Shown: positions 31,842-41,292 of the stretch, in pieces
Layout: each line of letters begins with the position of its first letter
Numbering within the stretch: position 1 is the first letter of the stretch
Notes under the pieces: model-generated
Databases searched by the model: none
Told to the model about the DNA's origin: nothing
Seen by the model: the letters and a program-made list of their open reading frames with translations, nothing else
Program-made: the position numbers and the translations under genes
From: Terriglobia bacterium
GTDB taxonomy: Bacteria > Acidobacteriota > Terriglobia > 20CM-2-55-15
Reading direction: 5' to 3'
Assembly: GCA_963664115.2 (NCBI GenBank)
Contig: CAXWPJ010000001.1
Span: forward strand, 1 to 64,000
DNA length: 64,000 bases

Positions 31842-32990
31842 CTAGTCTGGATTGTATAGTTCGGCAGGGGCAGGTCTGCGGAACCGCGCAGCATCAATCG
31901 GGACGTTCGGCTGTATCTCGCTCAACTCCGCAGTGGACTGTCCGTCCGTCCAGGTCACGGTCCAGCGAAAGGGCATCAAGACCCCGGCGACCTCGCGATA
32001 ATCCTCGTAGTCAATCTGCGTGGGAACCGTGCCGACCGCGGTTTCGGAATAGCGCACCAATCGCACCAACAGGCCCGACTCGTCATCGAAGTACAGATTC
32101 ACCGGAGCCTGTCCGGGGTTTGTCCCCTGAACGACTTGAACTTGTCGATCCTCGATGAAGGTCGAGAAGCCGACCCGCCACTGACTGAAGGCTTGTTGGA
32201 TCTCAGATGGAAAAGACAGCACCGCCTCCGTTCTGGCGCCGTCCAGATTCCCTCCCGTCAACTGTATCAAGGGCACCGGTTTGTCCCCCGATGCGATCCA
32301 ACCTTCGCGCCCATCGAAGGTTCTGACGCTGGGCCCGAAGAACGCATCAACGATCGTCGCACGCCGATCCGGAACTTGTGCAAACACTTCCACGGGATAC
32401 GGCACATGTTCGGTTTCGTATCCACTATAAATTCCTTTGGCGACGAAGCTGGTAATGTTGGACAGGAGATCGGCGCCGCCAAGCGCGTCGATATACTTGT
32501 CAAAAACTTGATCGGCGTTCGGCATCCCAGGAATGGCCTGTGCGGGGAAGAAGATTTCATGAGGATCTGATGGAGGCAGCGTGTACTGGATTCCCAGGTC
32601 GGGTATGACCTGGGGGCGCGGGTTGCCGCGATGGCAGCTATAACAGGTGACGAAGGGCAGTCCTCCGAAGTTGTCCCTGTTGATCTGGTTTACCATCTCC
32701 GTCATCGCCCGTGCCGTCCGCTTCAAGGGCGTTTCTTCGGCAAAGTTTTCCCAACCGCTGAGGCCTTCCAAGCCGTGGCAACTCACGCAACCTAAACTCA
32801 AAGAGGCCGAGTACATCCCCATCGTGTCCATGAATTCGTCCACGGGAATATCGCCGAGAACGGGAACGTTCAAGAACACGTCTCTCGCCAGCTGTGGTTG
32901 CTGTTGGGGTTCTGCCGCCGATACGACGCACGCACACGCAAGAGCCATGACGAGTGCGGGCAGAAGCCGTCGCCATCGTAACTGCTTCAC
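31842..32990 (-). CDS. Secreted diheme c-type cytochrome (reaction-centre cytochrome-like domain) fused to a LolA-like beta domain
   Basis: Signal peptide; CVSCH and CYSCHRG heme motifs with intervening KRTARAM; C-terminal LYFDDESGLLVR, DYREVAGVLMPF, NVPIDAARF. Confidence 0.8.
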   Translation of the reverse strand: MKQLRWRRLLPALVMALACACVVSAAEPQQQPQLARDVFLNVPVLGDIPVDEFMDTMGMYSASLSLGCVSCHGLEGLSGWENFAEETPLKRTARAMTEMVNQINRDNFGGLPFVTCYSCHRGNPRPQVIPDLGIQYTLPPSDPHEIFFPAQAIPGMPNADQVFDKYIDALGGADLLSNITSFVAKGIYSGYETEHVPYPVEVFAQVPDRRATIVDAFFGPSVRTFDGREGWIASGDKPVPLIQLTGGNLDGARTEAVLSFPSEIQQAFSQWRVGFSTFIEDRQVQVVQGTNPGQAPVNLYFDDESGLLVRLVRYSETAVGTVPTQIDYEDYREVAGVLMPFRWTVTWTDGQSTAELSEIQPNVPIDAARFRRPAPAELYNPD

Positions 32991-33281
32991 TTTGTCTCCT
33001 TAATCTTTGTGTTGAATCTTCAGGGTCTGATGATAGATCCAGGTCGTGCCGAACGGTCCGTAGGGCGGGAGGGAACGACGAGGCGGGCATCGTTCCCGTT
33101 CCCCAACGCAAGTCCGTAAGCTGTCACAACCAAACGGCAAGCGGACAAAGCCACGCGCACGCCCGAGCTACAGAATCGAATTCGGCAAGATCGCTTGCCG
33201 ACGGTCCCATGCATGCCTCGGCCGCCGCTTTCGCCGCGACCATGGAGGGGACCGTCGAACGAAGGCCGTCGACGGATGCGA

Positions 33282-33698
33282 CTATTGAGATACCACTACT
33301 CCAGTGCGCGCCGCACCGGAGGAGAAATTGACTACCGTCCCGTCGGGCCGGGTGACGTTTCCAGCCAACAGGGCCTTCGCACCTTCCTGACGCGAAGGGT
33401 TGCCTGAAACCTTTACCTTCATGCCAGCGGGGAGAGTGTCTTGCCTCCAACCTCCACGGATCATTCCAGTAGCGTGGCCGCCACCGCTGATCCTCCACAC
33501 GGTCGTCTCACCATTCGGTTCTGTCACTTCAAGAACCAACTCTGGATGGGGGTTGACCATCTTGACTTCCAAAACAACGCCTTCGATCTCAACCTCACGA
33601 TCCGTGAACCAGAAATTTACGGCCGAGTGGTGTGCCTCGGCTACAACACTCAAGGTCAAGAACAAGCCAATAGATACAACTGTCATAAACAACCGCAT
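33282..33698 (-). CDS. DUF6152-like secreted protein
   Basis: Signal peptide ending AEA|HHS, VEIEGVV..VNPH, GMKVKVSG; GGAGG RBS before ATG 33698. Confidence 0.75.
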   Translation of the reverse strand: MRLFMTVVSIGLFLTLSVVAEAHHSAVNFWFTDREVEIEGVVLEVKMVNPHPELVLEVTEPNGETTVWRISGGGHATGMIRGGWRQDTLPAGMKVKVSGNPSRQEGAKALLAGNVTRPDGTVVNFSSGAARTGVVVSQ

Positions 33699-33770
33699 AC
33701 GTGCATCCTCCGTCCGCCGGTTGAACCGGCTAGTCAAACTGGCTGGAATAATGCTCACTTTGAGCCATGG

Positions 33771-34646
33771 CTACTGCCTCAACCTCTCCAGCTCGTTTGC
33801 ATACTCCGCATCATCCGCATACCTTTGAGGTATCGTATCGTACAAGTGGTTCAGGCCGACCTCGGGATCGCAATTCCATTCGCCGACGAAGTCCGTATCG
33901 GTCTTTATATACGGATTCGTCCATGTCACCGGCTCATTCAGGAATGTAGGATCCTCTACCGTCATTTCAATCTCCAGTTCCCCTGGGCCAACCGCCCTGT
34001 AACGTTCGGTCAACTTTTTTCTGAACGAGGTTGCCATATGGATGTGGTCGTCCCACCCATCTGGATCAAATACGAAATTTGTGGTTTCGACAACAAATTC
34101 ATCTCCTTCCATGCGGCCGATAGAGTGGCCATGCTGAAAGGTCTGTTCAGCGGGCGGGTGAGGCCGTCCATCAACCCAAATACTCCGCACCCAATTCGAT
34201 TGCTCGAAGTGTTGCAGTACGACATCCGACCTGGCGGTTAGATTCCACAAATACGGCTCCGAAAGCAGGATCTGAATGCCTTCCGCGACACAGGTCCACT
34301 TACCTGATATTGGTTCGTCAACAAACTCAAGCCAAGCATGTGCTCTTCCGTTCATCACCGATTCCACTTGCTCCACGGGATACTGGCAGGTTCCCTGCGG
34401 ATTGCCATAAGCGCCTGTTGTGGAGCCGCAAGAGAAACCGGTGAACGATCTCGTATACTGCCACATGCCTATGAAGTCTCGGTTAAAGTTAAAAACCGTT
34501 GGAGTTTCCGGGAAGCCGGAAGGCGTTGGATTCTGAGCGGCCAAATCCGCCGGCCCGACGCCGCTTACGATCATCAGAAACGCGAGACTCACTGCCACGT
34601 TTTGTGCCCTCAACCAGCGCAATCCGGCTTCCTTGAGGTAGTACAT
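33771..34646 (-). CDS. Secreted hypothetical beta-rich protein (type commonly found beside DUF6152)
   Basis: DFIGMW, IWVDGRPHP, GHSIGRMEGDEFVVETTNF, LTERYR, TVEDP, EWNC; AAGGAG RBS. Confidence 0.75.
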   Translation of the reverse strand: MYYLKEAGLRWLRAQNVAVSLAFLMIVSGVGPADLAAQNPTPSGFPETPTVFNFNRDFIGMWQYTRSFTGFSCGSTTGAYGNPQGTCQYPVEQVESVMNGRAHAWLEFVDEPISGKWTCVAEGIQILLSEPYLWNLTARSDVVLQHFEQSNWVRSIWVDGRPHPPAEQTFQHGHSIGRMEGDEFVVETTNFVFDPDGWDDHIHMATSFRKKLTERYRAVGPGELEIEMTVEDPTFLNEPVTWTNPYIKTDTDFVGEWNCDPEVGLNHLYDTIPQRYADDAEYANELERLRQ

Positions 34647-35057
34647 GTTCACGCTCCTTTGCAAATTTTTAGACAAGAATCTATTGCGGCACTTAGTGCG
34701 CTTTTGTTTTAGTTAAAACACCCTATTATGTGCGGAAACTCAGTGTCAACTGGATTTTTAATACTGTCAACCTGGGACTATCGCTGCCAGCCTTGCGGAA
34801 TGAAATTCACACGATCTCTCTATTACGGGCACAAACAACCACGCGAATTCTTCAGTCATGCCCGCGTCTAACAGTCATGCCTTCAGTAAACGCATGACAC
34901 CAATCGGCACGCGAACGATCGGGCGCCCATGTGTCTCCTTCCGGCACGTCCTTCTTCTCCCCGCATCGCTCTTGCGTCTCGCTGCAGTCGATTTCCAGAG
35001 ACTGAAGGGGTAGAATACGCGTCTCAGGACATCCGCAAACAGAGCAGGAGGGATTGG

Positions 35058-35909
35058 ATGCGCACTAAAATTTTAGTTATATCGCTGGCCGCGATTGTGG
35101 GCGTTGCCCTCGCTGCTGTAACGGCAGCAACGCAACAGCCGGAACAACCGCCGGTAGAGATCAGTGAAGTGGCCGATGGCCTGTACATCGTCACAGGGCC
35201 GGGGGGCAACGTTGGCGTACGCGTCACATCGGAAGGTGTCGTCGTCATCGATGACAAGTTCGAGGACAACTACGACGACATCGTTGCCAGCATCGCGAGC
35301 GTCACAGACCAGCCGATCCGCTATGTTTTCAATACGCACCATCATGGGGATCACACCGGCAGCAACGTACAATTCGCAGCGCTCGCGCCGATCTTGGCAC
35401 ACGAGAACGTGCGCACGAACATCCTTAGAAACGATCAACCTGGAGCGCCATCCATTGTCTATACAGACCAGACGGCCGTCTACCTGGGCGATGCGACTGT
35501 CGAAGCCCTCTATATGGGCCGCGGACACACCGATGGTGACTCCGTCATCTATTTCCCGGACTTGAGGGTCGTCCACATGGGTGATCTGTCTTTCGGTGGG
35601 GGCACACCCTACATCGACTTCGGCAACGGTGGAAGCGCCCTCGAGTTGATGCGCACTTACGACAATATTCTCGAACTGGATTTCGACACAGCTATTCCCG
35701 GTCACGGTAACGTGATGACGAAGGCCGACGTCGCAGTTTTTCGGGACGCGTTCCAGGATCTTCTCGACACCGGCCGGCAGCTCATATCGGATGGCGTTTC
35801 CGAGGACGACTTAGCCGCGCGCCTGGCTCAGGTATACCCGGAATTGAGTTACGAAACCGGATTCCCGGCCCAGAGCATACCGGGGATTTACGCGGAACTT
35901 TCAGAGTAG
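35058..35909 (+). CDS. Secreted MBL-fold metallo-hydrolase (cyclase-like)
   Basis: Signal peptide, NTHHHGDHTG, GHTDGD, HMGDL, IPGHG. Confidence 0.88.
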   Translation: MRTKILVISLAAIVGVALAAVTAATQQPEQPPVEISEVADGLYIVTGPGGNVGVRVTSEGVVVIDDKFEDNYDDIVASIASVTDQPIRYVFNTHHHGDHTGSNVQFAALAPILAHENVRTNILRNDQPGAPSIVYTDQTAVYLGDATVEALYMGRGHTDGDSVIYFPDLRVVHMGDLSFGGGTPYIDFGNGGSALELMRTYDNILELDFDTAIPGHGNVMTKADVAVFRDAFQDLLDTGRQLISDGVSEDDLAARLAQVYPELSYETGFPAQSIPGIYAELSE

Positions 35910-35946
35910 TCTTTGCCCGGACCATAGTTCGTGAGCGGCGTCCTGA

Positions 35947-36247
35947 TTAGTGACCTGTACCACCCAAATCGGGACCAGCGCCGATGGGTCTTGCTGGCGA
36001 GATCGAGGCGCGAGACGGAAGTCGATGTTTTTGCATCGAGGACGGCTCGTAACGAAGATATCGTCGGCAACCCCCATCGGCCCAAAGGGTTCGGGCAAAA
36101 CGGCATTGCCTTCGTTGTCGTCAGCTCCTCGGAATGCAGAAACATTTCCTCGTCGCTGTGACGTCGAGTCGTCGCCAAGTCGTCTCCTGGAATCCAGCGC
36201 CGTTTGGCCCGAACGCTGGTCCCGATTTGGGTGGTACAGGCCACTAA
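35947..36247. mobile_element. MITE-like non-autonomous element (~300 bp)
   Basis: 34-bp terminal IR with 1 mismatch (35947-35980 / 36214-36247), TA at both outer ends, no transposase ORF. Confidence 0.75.
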
Positions 36248-36324
36248 CTCATTGATGGGCTCAATAATGGGCGTAATGGACGCCGCACCCTTCCCTCCCC
36301 GATCCACATGTCTATACATGGCAA

Positions 36325-37491
36325 ATGCGTTTTTCCGAACTGACTACCCAATTCCCTGATTCTACGAATCGGCTCTACGCTCGGCTTGGGCAGTTGAAAT
36401 CCGAGGGCTTCGATCACGTCGATCTCATCGGAAGTCAATTCAGCGACACCGGAACCGTTTTTCCCAGAGAAATACTCGACGGAATTCTTACCAAAGCTTC
36501 CAGGCAGGCTCAGACCTATCGCCCCGATTCTCTCGGTCAACGTGTGGCACGTAATGCGATTGCAGCACACTACGAAAACCGGACGGTATCTCCCGAACGC
36601 ATCCTGCTCACTCCCGGAACCAGCATCGCGTACTGGTACGCGTTCAAGCTCCTGTGTGAACCGGGAGAGAATGTTCTCTGTCCCGTTCCCGCCTATCCGC
36701 TCTTCGATTACATCGCACGTCTCGCTGGAGTTGAGATCTCACACTACCGCCTCGACGAAGATCGCGGCTGGGAGATCGACCTGGAACACCTCGAAGATCA
36801 AATTACCGCTCAGACGCGCGCTATCGTTCTGATCTCACCACACAACCCCACGGGTATGGTGGCTGACCGGGATCAGATCGAGAGCCTTGCCGGGATCGCG
36901 GGTCGCCACCAACTCCCGATCATCTCGGATGAGGTCTTCTGGAATTTCACGTTCGGGGGCGACCCGGTTCCGCGACCTTTGGACACAGAAGCACCGCTGG
37001 TATTCACCCTGAACGGCTTTTCGAAGATGTATGCCCTGCCCGGACTCAAACTGGGGTGGATGGCAGTCTCCGGTGAAGACGCTCTGGTTCGAAAGTCCAT
37101 GACGACACTGGAGCTGATCGCAGACACGTTTCTCCCCATCAACGAAATCGTCCAGTTTTCAGTCCCGGGTATTTTCGATCAGGGGACGGCGTTCCTGAAA
37201 GGTTACAAACAGACGGTTCTGATGTGCCGGAACACAATGCTTGAAATTCTGGGGTCAGCTGTTCCGGTTCCACCCCTCGGCGGGTTTTACGTGGTGGTTC
37301 CTTTTGACAGAGACAAATGTCACGCGGAAGAAGAAGATCTCGCGATCACGATGTTGGAGAAAGACCACGTCCTCGTCCATCCCGGATACTTCTATGACAT
37401 CGAAGGTCATCACCTCGTGTTTTCGTTTCTTCACGACACAACTATTTTGAAAGATGTTCTTCCGCGGATTCGGAAGCGTATCGGGGTTTGA
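36325..37491 (+). CDS. PLP-dependent aminotransferase class I/II
   Basis: PAYPLF, SPHNPTG, ISDEVF, NGFSKMYALPGLKLGW, LVHPGYFYD. Confidence 0.92.
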   Translation: MRFSELTTQFPDSTNRLYARLGQLKSEGFDHVDLIGSQFSDTGTVFPREILDGILTKASRQAQTYRPDSLGQRVARNAIAAHYENRTVSPERILLTPGTSIAYWYAFKLLCEPGENVLCPVPAYPLFDYIARLAGVEISHYRLDEDRGWEIDLEHLEDQITAQTRAIVLISPHNPTGMVADRDQIESLAGIAGRHQLPIISDEVFWNFTFGGDPVPRPLDTEAPLVFTLNGFSKMYALPGLKLGWMAVSGEDALVRKSMTTLELIADTFLPINEIVQFSVPGIFDQGTAFLKGYKQTVLMCRNTMLEILGSAVPVPPLGGFYVVVPFDRDKCHAEEEDLAITMLEKDHVLVHPGYFYDIEGHHLVFSFLHDTTILKDVLPRIRKRIGV

Positions 37492-37500
37492 GTGAAAAGC

Positions 37501-40023
37501 TCAGACGTCCGCCTGGCGGAGCACTTCGAGCGGCTTCTGGTTGAGGACACGGAAGCTGGCCGCCCATCCGGTAATCACGGCGAGCAAGGCTGTCAGCCCC
37601 GTCGCGACAACGAGGGGCAATCCGTTAAATGTATAGGTTCCGTCCATCAACTGCTGGATCACGATTGCTGTAAACCCGGCCGCCAGCAGGCTTCCGATCA
37701 AACCCGCCGCCAGTCCCAGGACGAGGAACTCGATGGAGAAGACGCCAACGATCCTGCGGCGCGTGGCACCGACAGTCTTTAAGATCGCAACCTCGCGAAT
37801 CCGTCGATAGCGCGTTCCCGCGATGCTGGACGCGAGGATGATCAGTCCACCCAGAATGGCAAAGGCGGCGACAAACCGCACCGTGAGGCTGATACGGCCC
37901 ACCATTTCCTGAACGATTTCCAGGATGTCGGCAGCGTTGACGACTGTTACGGATGGATAGCTGGCAAAAACAGCCCGCTGCAAAGCTCCGACCTTGTCGG
38001 ACTCCACCCGCAGGGCCCCGTAGTAGATTCCGGGAAATTCATCCAGGGTGCCCGGCGTCAGAATGAACTGATTGTTTGCTCCAACTCGCGTACCGTCAGT
38101 CCGACGGACGTTCGCGACGCGAGCAGACTGTGTGGTTCCACCGATGTTCCACTCCACAGTATCGCCAGGCGACAGGCGAAGGATACCTGCGGCGTTCTCT
38201 TCCACCGACACCCATCCCGGCTCGGCCCCGGACTCCCACCACTCGCCTTCGAGGATTTCCGTGGCCTCAGGTTGATCGAGCGACCACGTCAGTGAAAACT
38301 GGACTCGGAGGTAGCGCCGTTCACCCTCGACCAGGTTCATCTCTTCGATGGGAACTCCATTAACAGCATGCAGCATACCCGACACTGCCGGCGCGGCCGG
38401 CGGCGCTTCGATCACGCCCTCCTGCGTTTCGAGAAGGGCCCACAGGCCGTCCTTTTCCCGATCCGTGATGTTGATCATATAGACGTTGGGCATGTCGGGG
38501 GGCGCGCTGGTCAGGAGTTGCTCGACCAGGGATGTCTGCAGCAGATGGATCGAAAGCGTGAACATGACACCAATACCGAGAGCGACCAGCACGGCAACCA
38601 TGTGTGTCCCGGGCCGGTATAGGTTGGCGATGCCGTGCCGGAGTCCGGGATGCCAGTTCGTCGAATACCGGTCCAGAACGCGCCGGATCACAACCATCAA
38701 GCCTTTTCCGACGGCCCCCAGCAGGAGGACGCTGACGACCAAGCCTCCCGCAAAAATGGACCCGGCCCTGAAGGAAGAACCGATCCATACGGCCATCACC
38801 CACAATCCAATCGCAATCACGGCAATCGCACCATAGGGACGCCAGTCCCGTCGCGGGGCGATGTCTTCGATCATGTCCCTCCTGAAAATCTGGGCAGGCC
38901 GTATGTCTGCAATCGACAGCAGCGGTGGGAGGGTAAACAGAAGTGCGGTCAGCAGGCCGGCAAGCACGCCCTGGATGACGGGTGCAGCCGAAAAGACCAG
39001 ATGGACATCGACATCGAAATAATCCGCCAGAAATTGCGGAAAAACCCACTGCGCCCCGAATCCAAGCACAACACCAATGATGCTGCCGGTCACACCCAAC
39101 AAGGCCGCCTGGACAAGGTATATCCGCATTATCTGGCGCGACTTGCCGCCCAAACATTTGATCATCGCGATCGAATCCATCTTCTGGCGCAGGTGGCCCT
39201 CGATCGATGTTGCCACCCCGATTCCGCCGACAATCAACGCAATCAGACTCACCAGGCTCAAGAACGTTGTGGCGCGTCTCAATCCCCGCGATAGCGTGCG
39301 ATTCTCTTCGGTAAAATCGGAGATGCGGGCGCGGCGCCCGAATACAGCTTGGATTTCGGCTCGGGTGCGGTCCAGGTCCGTCCCTTCCGGCAACCGGAGC
39401 AGTAGCCGTCGAGTCGCCCGGCTGCCGCGTACGTTGAGTCCTGCCAGCTCGTACCCGTTGTGTGTCATCAGAACACGGGGCCCCAGCGTAAAGCCGGTGG
39501 TCATCCGGTCCGGCTCTCTGATGGCGACCGCGGCAATGCGAAATTCGCCGGCACTCACCTGGACCGTATCTCCTACCTCAACGCCCAGACGCAACAACAG
39601 ATCAGCAGAAACGATTACGGCATCGTCGTCCATGTCAGGTTCTGGAGGATCCAACTCGATCGCGCCGTAGTAGGGATAGACAGACAGGTCGGCTGCTTTG
39701 ATGGAACTGAGCAACGGTTGCGGCTGGACCTCGGAAGAGGACATCGAAACCGTCTCGGTCACCGGGGTATAGTCGATGCCACGCTCCCGAAGTCCATCCA
39801 GGAAAGCCAGTTCCTCTTCGGTCGGATCGACTGAAAGCCGTATCACGAGGTCAGCGCCCATGAGTGTCCGGGCCTCCGCGAGCAAGGTATATCGGACGGA
39901 CTCGTTGAACCCTTTGACGCCACTCAAAGCCGCCACACCCATAGCGATTGAGAGAACCACGAAGACGAAGCGTCCTTTGGAGGCGCGTGCTTCACGCCAA
40001 GCCATTCTCAAGGCAAATTTCAT
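37501..40023 (-). CDS. FtsX-like ABC transporter permease (YbbP-like)
   Basis: MKFALRMAWREAR, two FtsX repeats (IAMIKCLGG; EVAILKTVGA), PNVYMINI. Confidence 0.9.
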   Translation of the reverse strand: MKFALRMAWREARASKGRFVFVVLSIAMGVAALSGVKGFNESVRYTLLAEARTLMGADLVIRLSVDPTEEELAFLDGLRERGIDYTPVTETVSMSSSEVQPQPLLSSIKAADLSVYPYYGAIELDPPEPDMDDDAVIVSADLLLRLGVEVGDTVQVSAGEFRIAAVAIREPDRMTTGFTLGPRVLMTHNGYELAGLNVRGSRATRRLLLRLPEGTDLDRTRAEIQAVFGRRARISDFTEENRTLSRGLRRATTFLSLVSLIALIVGGIGVATSIEGHLRQKMDSIAMIKCLGGKSRQIMRIYLVQAALLGVTGSIIGVVLGFGAQWVFPQFLADYFDVDVHLVFSAAPVIQGVLAGLLTALLFTLPPLLSIADIRPAQIFRRDMIEDIAPRRDWRPYGAIAVIAIGLWVMAVWIGSSFRAGSIFAGGLVVSVLLLGAVGKGLMVVIRRVLDRYSTNWHPGLRHGIANLYRPGTHMVAVLVALGIGVMFTLSIHLLQTSLVEQLLTSAPPDMPNVYMINITDREKDGLWALLETQEGVIEAPPAAPAVSGMLHAVNGVPIEEMNLVEGERRYLRVQFSLTWSLDQPEATEILEGEWWESGAEPGWVSVEENAAGILRLSPGDTVEWNIGGTTQSARVANVRRTDGTRVGANNQFILTPGTLDEFPGIYYGALRVESDKVGALQRAVFASYPSVTVVNAADILEIVQEMVGRISLTVRFVAAFAILGGLIILASSIAGTRYRRIREVAILKTVGATRRRIVGVFSIEFLVLGLAAGLIGSLLAAGFTAIVIQQLMDGTYTFNGLPLVVATGLTALLAVITGWAASFRVLNQKPLEVLRQADV

Positions 40024-40027
40024 CTTT

Positions 40028-40255
40028 TTAGCGTCGGGCCCACCGGCCCCCTCAATATTCGACCTATCGAGTACACTCACCCTCCTCTTTGCCTGCTCTG
40101 AGGGAGCTCCACCGCCGGTCCGGTCCCCCCACGCCCGTTAGCGTCGGGCCCACCGGCCCCCTCAATATTCGACCTATCGAGTACACTCACCCTCCTCTTT
40201 GCCTGCTCTGAGGGAGCTCCACCGCCGGTCCGGCCCCCCCACGCCCGTTAGCGTC
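40028..40255. repeat. Tandem direct repeat, 2 x 110 bp plus 8 bp
   Basis: 40028-40137 and 40138-40247 are identical except one base (cggtcc / cggccc); ttagcgtc follows. Confidence 0.95.
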
Positions 40256-40295
40256 AGTCTCACCGGATCATCAGACATGCTTTCAAAAACCTTTA

Positions 40296-40375
40296 AACAC
40301 GAAGGCCACGAAGGGAAACGAAGTAACTTCGGTCATAGAAAATACAAATCGAAATATCTTCGTTTTCTTCGTGTT
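40296..40375. repeat. Periodic inverted repeat (CACGAAG type), degenerate
   Basis: aacacgaaggccacgaagggaaacgaag ... cttcgttttcttcgtgtt; same family as 26166-26252. Confidence 0.7.
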
Positions 40376-40390
40376 AAAAATCCCTAATCC

Positions 40391-41080
40391 CTAGCGGTCA
40401 CTCGCAGCCATCTCGTCGTGAACAATCTGGCCGTCAAGCATTTGGATCCGGCGGTCTGCATGGGAGGCCAGTTCCTGATCGTGCGTCACAAGAACCAGGG
40501 TCGTTCCGCGCTCCTGGTTCAATTTGAGAAGGAGTTCCAGAACATGTTTTCCGTTGGTGCTATCAAGATTGCCTGTCGGTTCATCAGCCAGCAGAACGGC
40601 GGGCTCCATCATGAAGGCACGGGCAATGGCCACCCGTTGTTGTTCGCCTCCTGAGAGTTGTGCCGGGTAGTGGTCCTCCCGGTCCAACAGTCCAACCCCG
40701 TCGAGCAATTCCCTCGCGCGGCCCCGCGCACCGTTGGCACCCTTGCCGGTCATCTCTGAGGGCAGGAGAACGTTTTCCATAGCCGTCAATGTGGGCATCA
40801 AGTGATAGGCCTGGAACACGAAACCCATCTTGCGCCCCCGGATCGTCGCCAGTTCGTCCTCACCGAGTTCAGTGATTTCTATCCCGTCAACCAAGACTGA
40901 ACCCGACGTCGGCCAATCCAGACCCGCCAACATCCCCAACAGCGTGGTCTTGCCACTGCCGGACGGACCCATAAACGCGACGACCTGCGCCGCAGGCACT
41001 TCAAAGCTGATGTCTCTGAGAATCTCGACGCGGTGGGTCGACGTTTCGATAGTCTTGACGAGATTTTTGACGACGATCAT
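40391..41080 (-). CDS. ABC transporter ATP-binding protein (YbbA/LolD-like)
   Basis: GPSGSGKT, GFVFQ, LSGGEQQRVAIAR, ADEPTGNLD, VTHD. Confidence 0.93.
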   Translation of the reverse strand: MIVVKNLVKTIETSTHRVEILRDISFEVPAAQVVAFMGPSGSGKTTLLGMLAGLDWPTSGSVLVDGIEITELGEDELATIRGRKMGFVFQAYHLMPTLTAMENVLLPSEMTGKGANGARGRARELLDGVGLLDREDHYPAQLSGGEQQRVAIARAFMMEPAVLLADEPTGNLDSTNGKHVLELLLKLNQERGTTLVLVTHDQELASHADRRIQMLDGQIVHDEMAASDR

Positions 41081-41082
41081 GT

Positions 41083-41264
41083 TTACACGGATTGCACGGA
41101 TCAATGCGCGGGTTACGCGGATTGAATCCGGGTAATCAACCCCAATCCGCTAAATCTGCGTTTCAGTATCGTACACTATCCCTTCGGAGCGGAAGACCGC
41201 CGATCGGAAGTTGAGAGTTAATAGTCATGAGGTCAAAGCCCCCTTCTCTCAACTCTTAACTATT
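41083..41264. repeat. Two periodic palindromic repeats: CACGGATT type (41083-41165) and 7-bp GTTGAGA type (41209-41264)
   Basis: acacggattgcacggat..acgcggatt / aatccggg..aatccgct..aatctgcgt, and agttgagagttaatagt / ctctcaactcttaactatt. Confidence 0.6.
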
Positions 41265-41292
41265 ATCTAATCACGTATCTAATTACGCCCCT

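Noticed and set aside
31842-32990. Phototrophy (reaction-centre cytochrome PufC)
   Set aside because: Only two heme motifs, fused to an unrelated domain, and no puf, psc or bch genes nearby.
40028-40255. CRISPR array
   Set aside because: Two full 110-bp units with no unique spacers, and no cas genes in the window.
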